This document shows, in pieces, positions 1 to 8,817 of a DNA stretch of 48,342 nucleotides. The stretch is taken from positions 1 to 48,342 of the forward strand of contig CAZOMS010000001.1 of the NCBI GenBank assembly GCA_964580805.1, read 5' to 3'. This DNA is from an uncultured Syntrophomonas sp. Lineage in GTDB: Bacteria > Bacillota > Syntrophomonadia > Syntrophomonadales > Syntrophomonadaceae. Below the pieces are notes generated by a model, which saw only the letters and a program-made list of their open reading frames with translations, ran no database searches and was not told the DNA's origin. The position numbers and the translations under genes were made by a program. Every line of letters starts with the position of its first letter. The first letter of the stretch is position 1.

Positions 1-508
1 TTTTCAAGGCTTCAAGCTGTTTTTGGGAGGAGTCCAGCATTCCCTGGTTCAGCTGCTGCAATTCCGCACGCAGAAGATTTTCCTCGGTATTTTTGAGCAA
101 ATGCCCAAAAAACAAGTGGTAGTTGTGCAACATGGCATCGGTAGTGATTAGGTTGGGAATGCCGTCATAACGGTTAAACTCATAAACCATAAAGAATTCC
201 TGATGCATTGCCGGCAAGACCACGAAGCCGTTTTGGGCCAGCATAGTATGTGCCTCAGGGGAGAATTCAAAGCGGTCCCGGTTTTCAACATTACTCAGAT
301 CAGCCTTAACCTGATAAGGTTGGATCTGGGGGGTGACTTCCACCTTGAATTCGCGGTACTCAGCAAACTCTGCGGCTTGAGCAGTTATAGCCGCGCCCCA
401 CTTCTCTTCCAGCAGTTTTTTGCTATTTAGACTGCAGCCGCTCAAAGCTGCTGACAGCATAAAAACGATCAAGACCGTGCTCATAGCTTTAGTTGATACA
501 GTTTTCAT
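1..508 (-). CDS. Secreted lipoprotein, DUF3160-like; 3' end cut by window edge
   Basis: The minus-strand frame is open from ATG at 508 to the window edge, so it is absent from the ORF track. GGAGGAG lies 5 nt upstream. The N-terminus MKTVSTKAMSTVLIVFMLSAALSGC has a lipobox. The family call comes from remembered DUF3160 N-terminal sequence (…YDGIPNLITTDAMLHNYHLFF…). Confidence 0.6.
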   Translation of the reverse strand, partial: MKTVSTKAMSTVLIVFMLSAALSGCSLNSKKLLEEKWGAAITAQAAEFAEYREFKVEVTPQIQPYQVKADLSNVENRDRFEFSPEAHTMLAQNGFVVLPAMHQEFFMVYEFNRYDGIPNLITTDAMLHNYHLFFGHLLKNTEENLLRAELQQLNQGMLDSSQKQLEALK

Positions 509-736
509 TCCTACTCCTCCCTTTTTGATTTGCCTGCCAAGGCTAGATTCTTGCACAACTAACCGGAGTAGTTTTTTGATCAATGATAATCCCATTCCTC
601 GAATTCATTTTAATGCATATGGAAACGGATTTGATTCGTAATAAGGAAAATTAATTAGAAATATGAATTGGCTGGATATTGCTGCAAGATATGGCAAGAG
701 CAAAACGTACCCATGCATAGGAGGTGTATGCACATA

Positions 737-1996
737 ATGATGAAGCGAGTTTTATCAGTCCTATTGCTGGCCCTAATATTGGTAGCCGGCCAGCCCCTGA
801 TGGCTCCCGCCCAGGGACGGTCAAACGTTTCGGTGTTAGTTGACGGTTTGATTTTAAACCTGGAAGTTTCACCAGTTATTCAGAACGGCCGTACCCTGGT
901 GCCTTTCCGGGCCATAGCCGAAGCTATGAACATACAGGTAAGCTGGGAAGAACAAACCCGTACCGTAAATGCGACGGACGGCAATACCTCGGTTCGTTTG
1001 CAGCTTGATAATCTGGTTGCCTACCGTAATGATACCCCTATAACCTTGGAAGTTGCACCGCAAATAGTGGGCGGGCGTACTCTCATTCCCCTGCGATTCT
1101 TCAGTGAAGCCTTCGACTGCCAGGTGTTATGGGATAGTGCCCAATATCAGGTAAGGGTTATTTCTCCCCCTCAAGCTATGACCGTTATAGGCTTTTATGC
1201 CTTGGGTGACAGCCAAACCAGCAGTTGGACCGACCTCTTTGGCCAGGCCTATCCCGCTGCCTCGGCAGGTAATACTGATGCAATATCTGAACTGGCCCTG
1301 GGGTGGTACAGCATTGATAAACAGGGTAACCTGCTTGAGCAAAGCCGCACCGGGTGGCAGCGTCCTGATGGTTGGGAATCAGTATTAGAAAATGCTGAGC
1401 AGTATAACCTGGCCAGCGAAATGGTAATCCATGTGACCGATGGCGATGGGACCCTTACCGCTCTGTTGGATGATCCAGACGCTATGAACCGGGCAGTCCA
1501 GGCTATAAGCGAAGAAGCCCGGCAGTACAGTGGTGTCAACCTGGACTTTGAGGGTCTGGGTTTTCAAGACAGCGGCGAAGAGCTAAGGCAGGTACAGCAG
1601 AAATTCACCAGCTTTGTGGCTCTGCTCAACCAAGAGATGAAGAATAACCGCTCCGGGCTCACCCTCACCCTGCATGCTCCCAACAGCGCTTACCCCGGTT
1701 ATGACTACCAGGCCCTGGGACAAATTGCCGACCGGATCATAATCATGGCTTATGATTACGGTCCCAAGCCTGAGCCAGTAGACCAGGTGGAGCAGGCGGT
1801 ACAAATGGCTTTGAACTCAGTTCCTGCCCATAAATTACTGCTGGGCATCTCCGCTCCCAGCGAAACCGCTGAAAGCATCGCCGCCAAGGTAGGGATAGCC
1901 AAACGCTATAATCTGGGTGGGGTAGGCTTATGGAGATTAGGGGTGATCAATGATGGGATGTGGCAGACCTTGAGAGCCAGTCTGATTGCAAATTGA
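737..1996 (+). CDS. Copper amine oxidase N-terminal (stalk) domain + glycoside hydrolase family 18, YaaH/YdhD-like spore peptidoglycan hydrolase
   Basis: The ORF is 668..1996. ATG 737 follows AGGAGG at about 719-724 and gives the signal peptide MMKRVLSVLLLALILVAGQPLMAPAQG. It has a double VPFRAIAEA/IPLRFFSEA stalk repeat, then GH18 motifs GVNLDFEGL and MAYDYG. Confidence 0.8.
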   Translation: MMKRVLSVLLLALILVAGQPLMAPAQGRSNVSVLVDGLILNLEVSPVIQNGRTLVPFRAIAEAMNIQVSWEEQTRTVNATDGNTSVRLQLDNLVAYRNDTPITLEVAPQIVGGRTLIPLRFFSEAFDCQVLWDSAQYQVRVISPPQAMTVIGFYALGDSQTSSWTDLFGQAYPAASAGNTDAISELALGWYSIDKQGNLLEQSRTGWQRPDGWESVLENAEQYNLASEMVIHVTDGDGTLTALLDDPDAMNRAVQAISEEARQYSGVNLDFEGLGFQDSGEELRQVQQKFTSFVALLNQEMKNNRSGLTLTLHAPNSAYPGYDYQALGQIADRIIIMAYDYGPKPEPVDQVEQAVQMALNSVPAHKLLLGISAPSETAESIAAKVGIAKRYNLGGVGLWRLGVINDGMWQTLRASLIAN

Positions 1997-3032
1997 TAAA
2001 GAAAAAGCAACTCTCAAAGAAAGGCTGTGGTCAATTACGAAGTATAGGAAAAATTCCAAGACCATTATGCTAATGCCAATAGTGTTGTTAGTTGCACTAA
2101 TCAGCGGCACTATGGTGCTGGGAGGATGTATTGATAAAACCGGCTTGGAGGTTCCCGATACTGCCATATCGACACCGAACCTTAAAATTGATGATTTGCT
2201 GGCAAAGATTATGTCCTCACCAAAGGAATCTTCAAATCCTGGAGATTATATTGCTGCCCATCAGGAAGAATATGACGCCATTATAAAAATGGATGCAGAA
2301 GCATTGCCCTATCTATTTTCGGAGTTTGAAAAAGGCGGCCAAACCGGGCTGAAGGGCCATATTATGGAACGCTTGTGCAGGAATATTCTAGGTGGTGAAG
2401 ATATCCGCTATGCTAACACCGATCCCCAGGATTGGTATGATACTTATAAAGCCCATATGCTCAGCATGTTAGAGAAAAACTCCCTTGAATTTATAAAGAG
2501 CAACAATCCCAAGGGATCGATTATACTCAACAATACTCAAGAGGAAGAAATCAGAAATACAAGGATCCTCTATGATTTTGGCTTGCTTTATGCTTACAAA
2601 AATATTTCATTAAGCGATTCAGATAAAGTACGGGAATTAGTTAGCCAATTGCAATATGCACAGGAGCTGCCAATAGACCGAATTGAGTTTGCAAGTGAAA
2701 ACGAAGAAATTCTAAGGATTGATTATCGTATGAATCTTACCGTAGGGCAGGAGTATAAAGTGAATCATACGAAAAAGATGGCAGATGTAGTGATGCTGTT
2801 TGCCCTGTTGGATGATCTTAATGCGGTAGAATATAATCTTGTTCAGGCAGATTACGGTTATGGTGGAGTTCCCATCACCAGAGAACAGGCTGAACAGGTA
2901 TTAGGGGCAGACATTAATACTTTGGGAACAACAGAAACAGTTTTTTTGTCGGAAATGCCAAAAATAATTGCTGACCTGCAATGGAACCCGGGTGTAATGG
3001 ATATCATTACTTATGAGCATATTATGCGCTAA
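1986..3032 (+). CDS. Hypothetical lipoprotein, C-terminal region possibly DUF4825-like
   Basis: This is a 348-aa ORF. A hydrophobic segment ends in the lipobox LGGC (MLMPIVLLVALISGTMVLGGC). The start is uncertain: TTG 1986 overlaps the upstream stop, and ATG 2067 is the alternative. The segment AYKNISLSDSDKVRELVSQL...ILRIDYRMN loosely resembles the DUF4825 part of the nearby BlaR1. Confidence 0.55.
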   Translation: MQIDKEKATLKERLWSITKYRKNSKTIMLMPIVLLVALISGTMVLGGCIDKTGLEVPDTAISTPNLKIDDLLAKIMSSPKESSNPGDYIAAHQEEYDAIIKMDAEALPYLFSEFEKGGQTGLKGHIMERLCRNILGGEDIRYANTDPQDWYDTYKAHMLSMLEKNSLEFIKSNNPKGSIILNNTQEEEIRNTRILYDFGLLYAYKNISLSDSDKVRELVSQLQYAQELPIDRIEFASENEEILRIDYRMNLTVGQEYKVNHTKKMADVVMLFALLDDLNAVEYNLVQADYGYGGVPITREQAEQVLGADINTLGTTETVFLSEMPKIIADLQWNPGVMDIITYEHIMR

Positions 3033-3039
3033 TTTTTTT

Positions 3040-3070
3040 CCGCTCAACCACAAAATAAATCTGTTCGAAC
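3040..3070. repeat. 31-nt copy of the 3' end of the C39-like peptidase gene (direct repeat with 4608..4638)
   Basis: ccgctcaaccacaaaataaatctgttcgaac versus ccgctcaactacaaaataaatctgttcaaac is 29/31 identical. The reverse complement encodes FEQIYFVVER plus stop, the exact C-terminus of the 4605..5249 protein. Confidence 0.85.
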
Positions 3071-3094
3071 GAATATGAACAAGGGGGTTTTTAA

Positions 3095-3440
3095 ATGCCA
3101 AATATTCGGCCTATTTCAGATTTGAGGAACAATGCCAACGATATTTCGGAAATTTGCCATCAGACCCGTGAACCGGTTTTCATTTACCAAAAATGGTGTG
3201 GGCGATATGGTTGTGATGAGCTTGGAAACATATGAGCGTCAACAGTCGTTGATTAACTTATATGCTAAATTAGCCGAAGCCGAGGAAGAGATCATGGGTC
3301 GTGCAGAGGGCGAAGATTTCTTGCCACCTGTCAAGCCTTTGCCGGATATATCTCAAACCTTTAAATACCCTATTAAAACAGAGGTTGCTAACTTAAAGCA
3401 ACCTCTGTTTGACATGATAAATACTATTTTACATGTATGA
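3095..3440 (+). pseudogene. Phd/YefM-family antitoxin, disrupted by a +1 frameshift, with no toxin partner
   Basis: ATG 3095 (AAGGGGG RBS) reads MPNIRPISDLRNNANDISEICHQTREPVFI, then runs into TGA at 3233. The family consensus continues in the 3132 frame as TKNGVGDMVVMSLETYERQQ... Removing one T from the TTT run at 3183-3185 restores a single frame. Confidence 0.75.
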
Positions 3441-3999
3441 TACAGCTCTTATAAACAGGACCATCTGCAGAACTGCCATAAATATAATTTAATTCAACTG
3501 TAGTATTATCCAACCATTTTAGTTCATAACTGTTGTGCGTAAATGGGCGCCCTCCATTGTTCGTCGTGATACCGCCTAGACCTTTCACAAAAACACCTTT
3601 TTCAGAATAAAATTTGCACGACCCCGCTAACAGCCAGGGATCTTCTAAGGCGACAAGAGTTTTTGTTTGATCCGGTGATTGGAAATAAAAATATGATTTA
3701 CCGCTATCGGCAAACAGATATAAAAATATGAGGTACATAATAAAAAGAGATGCGCATAGGGTTTGTAGATATTTCCTTAGTCTTTTGGCCTTAATATTCA
3801 AAAGAACAACGACAGACGCAACGAAGAGTATATTGATAATTAAGTTGACGATATCTTGGTCAATAGTAGAAATCAAAATGAACAAACGAAATCTGGTATT
3901 TAAGATATAAAACGTGATTTTGACAATGATCAAAAATGCTATGAAAGAAATTAATGCTATTTGAAATTTTGTCATATTCCTGAATTTAAAATTTTCCAT
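3424..3999 (-). CDS. Hypothetical membrane protein (N-terminal TM helices, C-terminal beta-rich domain)
   Basis: This 191-aa ORF has AGAGGA 6 nt before the ATG. It has about 3 hydrophobic helices (IALISFIAFLIIV, IINILFVASVVVLL, LCASLFIMYLIFLYLF) and sits in a very AT-rich context. I recognise no family with confidence. Confidence 0.55.
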   Translation of the reverse strand: MENFKFRNMTKFQIALISFIAFLIIVKITFYILNTRFRLFILISTIDQDIVNLIINILFVASVVVLLNIKAKRLRKYLQTLCASLFIMYLIFLYLFADSGKSYFYFQSPDQTKTLVALEDPWLLAGSCKFYSEKGVFVKGLGGITTNNGGRPFTHNSYELKWLDNTTVELNYIYGSSADGPVYKSCIIHVK

Positions 4000-4604
4000 G
4001 ACCTATCCTCTTAATATATCTAGTCCGCTGGGATACGGGTGTACAGCTTGGCTTCAAAATTAATTTTCTTTCCCAATAAAGCAGTGTCTCCAAAAGTATA
4101 GGAATATAAGGCTGATTATACGATTATTGTCCGTTAGTCGCAGCACCTTCAGGCAGGTTCCACCGTCTTAAAGACGGAAAAGCAAAATATAAAGCTACTT
4201 CTCGTCGACGCGCATAGTTGCTATCATGATTACTCACAAAAATCCTTTCCTAATACTGTAAATCAACTTATTTTAACATTTATTTTTTAATGTATCTGCC
4301 GATATGGAAACGGTGGAACGTTCCGCGCAATACCCCTCAACCCAGACCACCTTCTATGTTGTCCTTATTAAAGGTGAGGATGGGAGCTGGCGTATTGATA
4401 GGTATACAACCGGGTAAAACCAGAGGTGAAAAAAGGTTATTACATAATTTGGCCCTAAAATAGAAGTTATCGGGGCTAATGGTTAAGGTCGGCTTGCAGC
4501 AGTAGTAGGGGCCTGGTGGAAGATCAGAGGTCATTTGTTCATTCTGCTCCGAGATAAGCGTCAAAAGAAGACTCCAGATAACTGGTTGTTGACAGGGTAT
4601 CCTG

Positions 4605-5249
4605 TTACCGCTCAACTACAAAATAAATCTGTTCAAACAATGGTATTTCGTTTTCCCATTGTGATACGAACTCGGCATTGGTCATGGTCCGGTTATAGCC
4701 ATAGGTATTATCCGTATCCTGGTTGGAGTCATAGAGGAAAATATTTTCTTCATCATACCCAACCACTGTCACATAGTGTTGCCAACTGATAAAATGCCCA
4801 ATCAAAACAATGATCGGATGCCCCTGGTTCAACCTTGTTTTTAACTGTTCCAAATCGCCCCGGAGCATTTTTGCCTCATGACCATATTCCCGGAAAACTT
4901 CAATAATTGCCTGGGGCATCACATAACCATTGGAAAACTTATGGTCCAGCTGCTGGTAATTTTCCCTGCCGCCTATTTCCTCGCCCAATATCCTAAGAAC
5001 ATAAGCTGAAGAAAAGCCGGCACATTGACTTCTTTCTTGCCGTTCAAAATAGCTTTTCGATTCCACTAGATATGTATTGCTATATTCGATTTCTTTGCTA
5101 TCTCCTTGGGGCAAGGTTTGAGCATAAATATCGGCAACAGATATTCCCGCTCCACTTAATGTAAGAAATATTTGAAGGGCAATGTTGAAAGCGACCACTA
5201 TAACTAATAAAGCAAGTACTATTTTGATCAAAGTTTTTAAGGGTTTCAT
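4605..5249 (-). CDS. Membrane-anchored peptidase C39-like (papain-fold cysteine peptidase) protein
   Basis: This is a 214-aa ORF with an N-terminal TM anchor (IVLALLVIVVAFNIALQIF). The candidate catalytic residues are Cys in QCAGFSSAYVL, His in WQHYVTVVGYDE and a following LYDSN, the layout of C39_2-type peptidases. Confidence 0.65.
   Translation of the reverse strand: MKPLKTLIKIVLALLVIVVAFNIALQIFLTLSGAGISVADIYAQTLPQGDSKEIEYSNTYLVESKSYFERQERSQCAGFSSAYVLRILGEEIGGRENYQQLDHKFSNGYVMPQAIIEVFREYGHEAKMLRGDLEQLKTRLNQGHPIIVLIGHFISWQHYVTVVGYDEENIFLYDSNQDTDNTYGYNRTMTNAEFVSQWENEIPLFEQIYFVVER
4608..4638. repeat. Second copy of the 31-nt direct repeat (true 3' end of the C39-like gene)
   Basis: See 3040..3070. 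The two copies are 29/31 identical and 1568 nt apart (start to start). Confidence 0.85.
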
Positions 5250-5406
5250 TCTATGAATCCTATCTGAAATATTTACATCGCTAGTAAGCGATTCCCCAAT
5301 TTAAGGACTTTAATCTCGTATTCATTATAATATAAATGGAAACGATTTGAATTGTCGTATTTATTGTTGTCATATACGATAATATGGAATCGCACGCAAC
5401 ATATGA

Positions 5407-5469
5407 TCTGAATGCGGGACGTACCGGGCGCAGGAACTCAAGCGAATCATTGAGGAGGCGGTAAAATGA
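5407..5469 (+). pseudogene. Possible remnant of the 3' end of a blaI/mecI-type repressor gene
   Basis: The frame ending in TGA at 5467-5469 overlaps the blaR1 ATG (ATGA coupling) and reads SECGTYRAQELKRIIEEAVK*. An in-frame TGA at 5404 cuts it off upstream. The acidic/helical tail and ATGA junction are typical of blaI-blaR1 pairs. No intact winged-helix ORF lies upstream. Confidence 0.3.
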
Positions 5470-7259
5470 GCACCTTGTCGGGACTGTTTACCACCATTCT
5501 GAACATGAGCATCACCGCAACCTATGTGGCTGCGGGCGCGATTTTGGCCCGCCTGCTTTTAAGAAAAGCCCCCAAAATCTTCTCTTATGCCTTGTGGGCG
5601 GTGGTTCTGTATCGCCTCATCTGCCCCCTATCCTTTACTTCCGCGGTTAGTTTTTTAGGATTGCTGAATGTTGATCATCAAAATTATACGGGTGTGCTGG
5701 AATATGTGCCCAACAATATAGGTTTCATGCTCGAACCCACAGTTCAATCCGGCCTAGGCAGCTTGGATAGCGCAGTGAACTCATCCTTGCCCGCGGCTAC
5801 ACCAATGGCAAGCGTAAATCCCATGCAGATATGGATGTATTTTTTAAGCCTTATCTGGCTGACCGGAATTATTGTAATGATTTTGTACAGCGTAATCTCA
5901 TATGTAAAAATAAAAAGACAGCTTCTAACCGCTACCCTGTTGAAAGACAATATATACGAGTCAGATCGAATCGGTACAGCCTTTGTCTGCGGTTTTGTCC
6001 ATCCGAAAATCTATATGCCGTTGGGTGTGTCGGACGCCGATCTTGCCTACATACTTGAGCATGAACAGACCCATATCCGCAGAAAAGACCATCTCATCAA
6101 GCCCCTGGCTTACTTCGCTCTCGTTCTCCACTGGTTTAATCCTGTAATGTGGTTGTCCTTTGCCCTCATGAGCCGGGACATGGAGATGTCTTGTGATGAA
6201 AGCGTTCTGCACAAGATGAACCCAGAGGCCAAGGGCGGCTATTCCAGTTCCCTGCTGGCCCTTTCCGCAAAAAGCAACGGGCTTTTTGCGGCTAATCCCC
6301 TGGCCTTTGGTGAAAGCCATGTGAAGGCACGGATTAGGAATGTGCTGAATTATAAGAAGCCAGCGTTCTGGGTAATTGTTCTCGCCGTTATTGCAACTGC
6401 TGTATTAATTGTTGCCTTTACCACCAATCCCAAACATGAGCCGACTGCTCCAAATTTATATTGGGGATACTCGATCGACGCTTTAATGGACAATAAAACT
6501 CCCTATGTGGGCAATAATGTCAAAGTTATAGGGCTTATTGATGCCATGCCTTTGCCGGTTGGGATCATTCGGGGTAAGGTGGAGATGCAGACTGAATCTT
6601 TGCCCTATGGTATAACCATAAACTATATAGTGAACGATTCCAGTGTATTAGTAAATGGAGCTATAGGTGAGGCTTTTTATCGAAATAACATCCTGCTCTT
6701 TAGCTTGATCGATAATGTAGATGTTATAAATTGCAAAATTATTGATGAAACCGGCGAATATGATGGAGTATCATTCGTTTTGCCCAGGGAAATGGCAGAA
6801 GTAGTGGTCGGCGGGGATGTGCGTTCCTTTGCAGGCAGCGGCGACAGCCTTAGAGATCTTATTGACCGGATAAACCAGGTAGCCTTGGGGGTAAACACAA
6901 TAAATTCAGAAAAGATGCTATGCTCCATTGAGGCTTATGACGAGAAAACCAGGATGTTGACTTTTGATGAGATAGAGTGGGTAATACAAGAGGATGCCAA
7001 GAGAGTCGGCGAGTTAGGGCTGGATGCGAATCTGGATTTCCCCAATGGATTTTATATTTACAATGAAAGTGACCAGACTAATACTCTAGAGGTATCGGGG
7101 GATGTCAGGGTATATTTAGTCAATTGGCGTGACTTATCGAATCATACGTTAACAGATGTAAATGGGCTTGCTGAACGCATGGCTGAATATCAGGCTCCAT
7201 ACCATTTAACCATTGAAGATGGTGTGATCGTGGAGATATTGGAACAATACACGCCATAA
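5466..7259 (+). CDS. blaR1: BlaR1/MecR1-family M56 peptidase signal transducer with DUF4825-like extracellular C-terminal domain
   Basis: This is a 597-aa ORF with N-terminal TM helices. It carries the zinc motif HEQTHIRRKDH and the C-terminal NKTPYVGNNVKVIGLIDAMPLP...PYGITINY segment characteristic of DUF4825. Confidence 0.85.
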   Translation: MSTLSGLFTTILNMSITATYVAAGAILARLLLRKAPKIFSYALWAVVLYRLICPLSFTSAVSFLGLLNVDHQNYTGVLEYVPNNIGFMLEPTVQSGLGSLDSAVNSSLPAATPMASVNPMQIWMYFLSLIWLTGIIVMILYSVISYVKIKRQLLTATLLKDNIYESDRIGTAFVCGFVHPKIYMPLGVSDADLAYILEHEQTHIRRKDHLIKPLAYFALVLHWFNPVMWLSFALMSRDMEMSCDESVLHKMNPEAKGGYSSSLLALSAKSNGLFAANPLAFGESHVKARIRNVLNYKKPAFWVIVLAVIATAVLIVAFTTNPKHEPTAPNLYWGYSIDALMDNKTPYVGNNVKVIGLIDAMPLPVGIIRGKVEMQTESLPYGITINYIVNDSSVLVNGAIGEAFYRNNILLFSLIDNVDVINCKIIDETGEYDGVSFVLPREMAEVVVGGDVRSFAGSGDSLRDLIDRINQVALGVNTINSEKMLCSIEAYDEKTRMLTFDEIEWVIQEDAKRVGELGLDANLDFPNGFYIYNESDQTNTLEVSGDVRVYLVNWRDLSNHTLTDVNGLAERMAEYQAPYHLTIEDGVIVEILEQYTP

Positions 7260-7338
7260 AACCGAAGCTGGAACGTATCCGTTACGGGAAACGCAATTAT
7301 GAATGGCTTTTGTAAACAGTAATAAGACAAGAAATGAT

Positions 7339-7367
7339 GTCCGCAAGCAGTTGCGGACTATATATTT
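7339..7367 (+). terminator. Rho-independent terminator after blaR1
   Basis: The stem is GTCCGCAA-gcag-TTGCGGAC, followed by tatatattt. Confidence 0.6.
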
Positions 7368-7478
7368 ACCTGTAGGGGTTGGTTGTCAAGGGGAGCGCAA
7401 AGGTTCAGCGGACATACAGATTTGTTCTATCACTGGACGCATGGTATATTATTGACATATATTTGATAGGAGGTTGTC

Positions 7479-7778
7479 ATGATGATGAACAGATTTCGGA
7501 GCCCAGGTGTGATGGTCGTTAAGCCATCATCTATTATCCGCTCAGATTATAAGAACTTCTCCAAGCTCTGTCACGAAACAGATGACCCCATCATTATCAC
7601 CAATAACGGTGAAAACGATTTGGTCGTTATGAGCCATGAAGCTTTTTGCCGCCGCGATGCGTGGATTCGCCTGCAAGCAAAGCTAGCCTCAGCGGACAAG
7701 CAGATTATAGCTGGCAAGCTAATTGATCATGACGAGGTTTTTGCTCGTCTGAGGGAACGAATTCATGACGAAGCTTAG
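7479..7778 (+). CDS. Type II antitoxin, Phd/YefM-like
   Basis: This 99-aa ORF has AGGAGG upstream. The core PIIITNNGENDLVVMSHEAF matches the Phd/YefM pattern, and the gene overlaps the downstream toxin gene by 14 nt. Confidence 0.75.
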   Translation: MMMNRFRSPGVMVVKPSSIIRSDYKNFSKLCHETDDPIIITNNGENDLVVMSHEAFCRRDAWIRLQAKLASADKQIIAGKLIDHDEVFARLRERIHDEA

Positions 7779-8094
7779 AATACTCTATACACAAGATGCA
7801 GTGGATGACTTGGATAGCATTTTTGATTATATTTCGGAAGATAAGCGGACAATCGCCGCCAAAATGCTGGAGCGAATTGAAAAATCAATTGACAATCTGG
7901 CTGAAAATCCGCGTATGGGAACCGTGCTTCCGACGAATGACCTATCTTTAGTCGAGCCAGGGTATCGCCGAATCGTGGTCAAGCCCTATCTCATATTCTA
8001 TCGGATTAGTGATGGCGAACTTTTCATTTCTCGTGTCCTTCATAGCAGGCAGGATTGGATGAGTCTGTTGTTTGAAAACACTTTTACAGACTAG
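7765..8094 (+). CDS. parE: Type II toxin, ParE/RelE superfamily
   Basis: This 109-aa ORF reads ILYTQDAVDDLDSIFDYISED...ENPRMG...YRRIVVKPYLIFYRISDGELFISRVLHSRQD, the canonical ParE layout. It is translationally coupled to the antitoxin. Confidence 0.8.
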   Translation: MTKLRILYTQDAVDDLDSIFDYISEDKRTIAAKMLERIEKSIDNLAENPRMGTVLPTNDLSLVEPGYRRIVVKPYLIFYRISDGELFISRVLHSRQDWMSLLFENTFTD

Positions 8095-8197
8095 TAGACT
8101 ACATCCCCAACGAATTCTTGTCCCATGCCCAATACCACCTAATCCACACTTGCGTCTTGATAATAACATAAGGGGAAAGCGAGAGTGTTTGTGAGCA

Positions 8198-8689
8198 GTG
8201 AAAAGTTACATCCGCAGATATAATACTATGGATCTTCCGCCTATGATTCGTATTTGGAATGAAATCGTAGAAGAGGGGAATGCGTTTCCTCAGGAAGATT
8301 GTTTAACAGAAGCAACAGGTTATACTTTCTTCGATGAACAGACGTATTGTGCTGTTGCCGAAGATTGTGAAAGTAAAATAATAAACGGCTTATATATTCT
8401 TCATCCCAATAATGTGGGAAGGTGTGGGCATATCTGCAATGCCAGCTACGCAGTCAGTTCGGACAGCCGGGGACTGCATATTGGGGAGAGTTTGGTACTG
8501 GACTGTCTCGCTCAGGCCAAACTTCATGGGTTTGCCATTCTACAGTTTAATGCTGTGGTGTCCGGAAATACTCCAGCCAGACATTTATATGAACGGCTAG
8601 GATTCAAACAACTTGGTACTATTCCAGGTGGTTTTCGCATGAAAGACGGACACTTTGAGGATATTTGTCCCTACTATATCGTGCTGTAA
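8198..8689 (+). CDS. GNAT-family N-acetyltransferase
   Basis: This 163-aa ORF has a GTG start. The IWNEIVEEGNAF N-terminus and the acetyl-CoA region (RGLHIGESLV..., HLYERLGF) are typical of GNATs. Confidence 0.75.
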   Translation: MKSYIRRYNTMDLPPMIRIWNEIVEEGNAFPQEDCLTEATGYTFFDEQTYCAVAEDCESKIINGLYILHPNNVGRCGHICNASYAVSSDSRGLHIGESLVLDCLAQAKLHGFAILQFNAVVSGNTPARHLYERLGFKQLGTIPGGFRMKDGHFEDICPYYIVL

Positions 8690-8817
8690 CCAGTATGTAT
8701 TGATAAATGCCGCCAACCAGGAGTAAAAATAATCGCCCTGGGCTGCGAGGTGACCGCCGATTCTATCGCCGCAAGGGATTGTGTGGAAGTCAGGCTCTGA
8801 GAACGACGAAGCAGAGT

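Noticed and set aside
4157-4312. 10-bp inverted repeat GTTCCACCGT / ACGGTGGAAC as possible MITE ends
   Set aside because: The arms do not extend beyond 10 bp. There is no target-site duplication, and a single 10-mer match in a 600-nt AT-rich spacer is within chance expectation.
8198-8689. GNAT as a TacT/AtaT-type toxin next to the ParE module
   Set aside because: No RHH/DUF1778 antitoxin ORF precedes it. Its N-terminus looks like a housekeeping amino-acid or antibiotic N-acetyltransferase. Proximity to Phd-ParE alone is not evidence.
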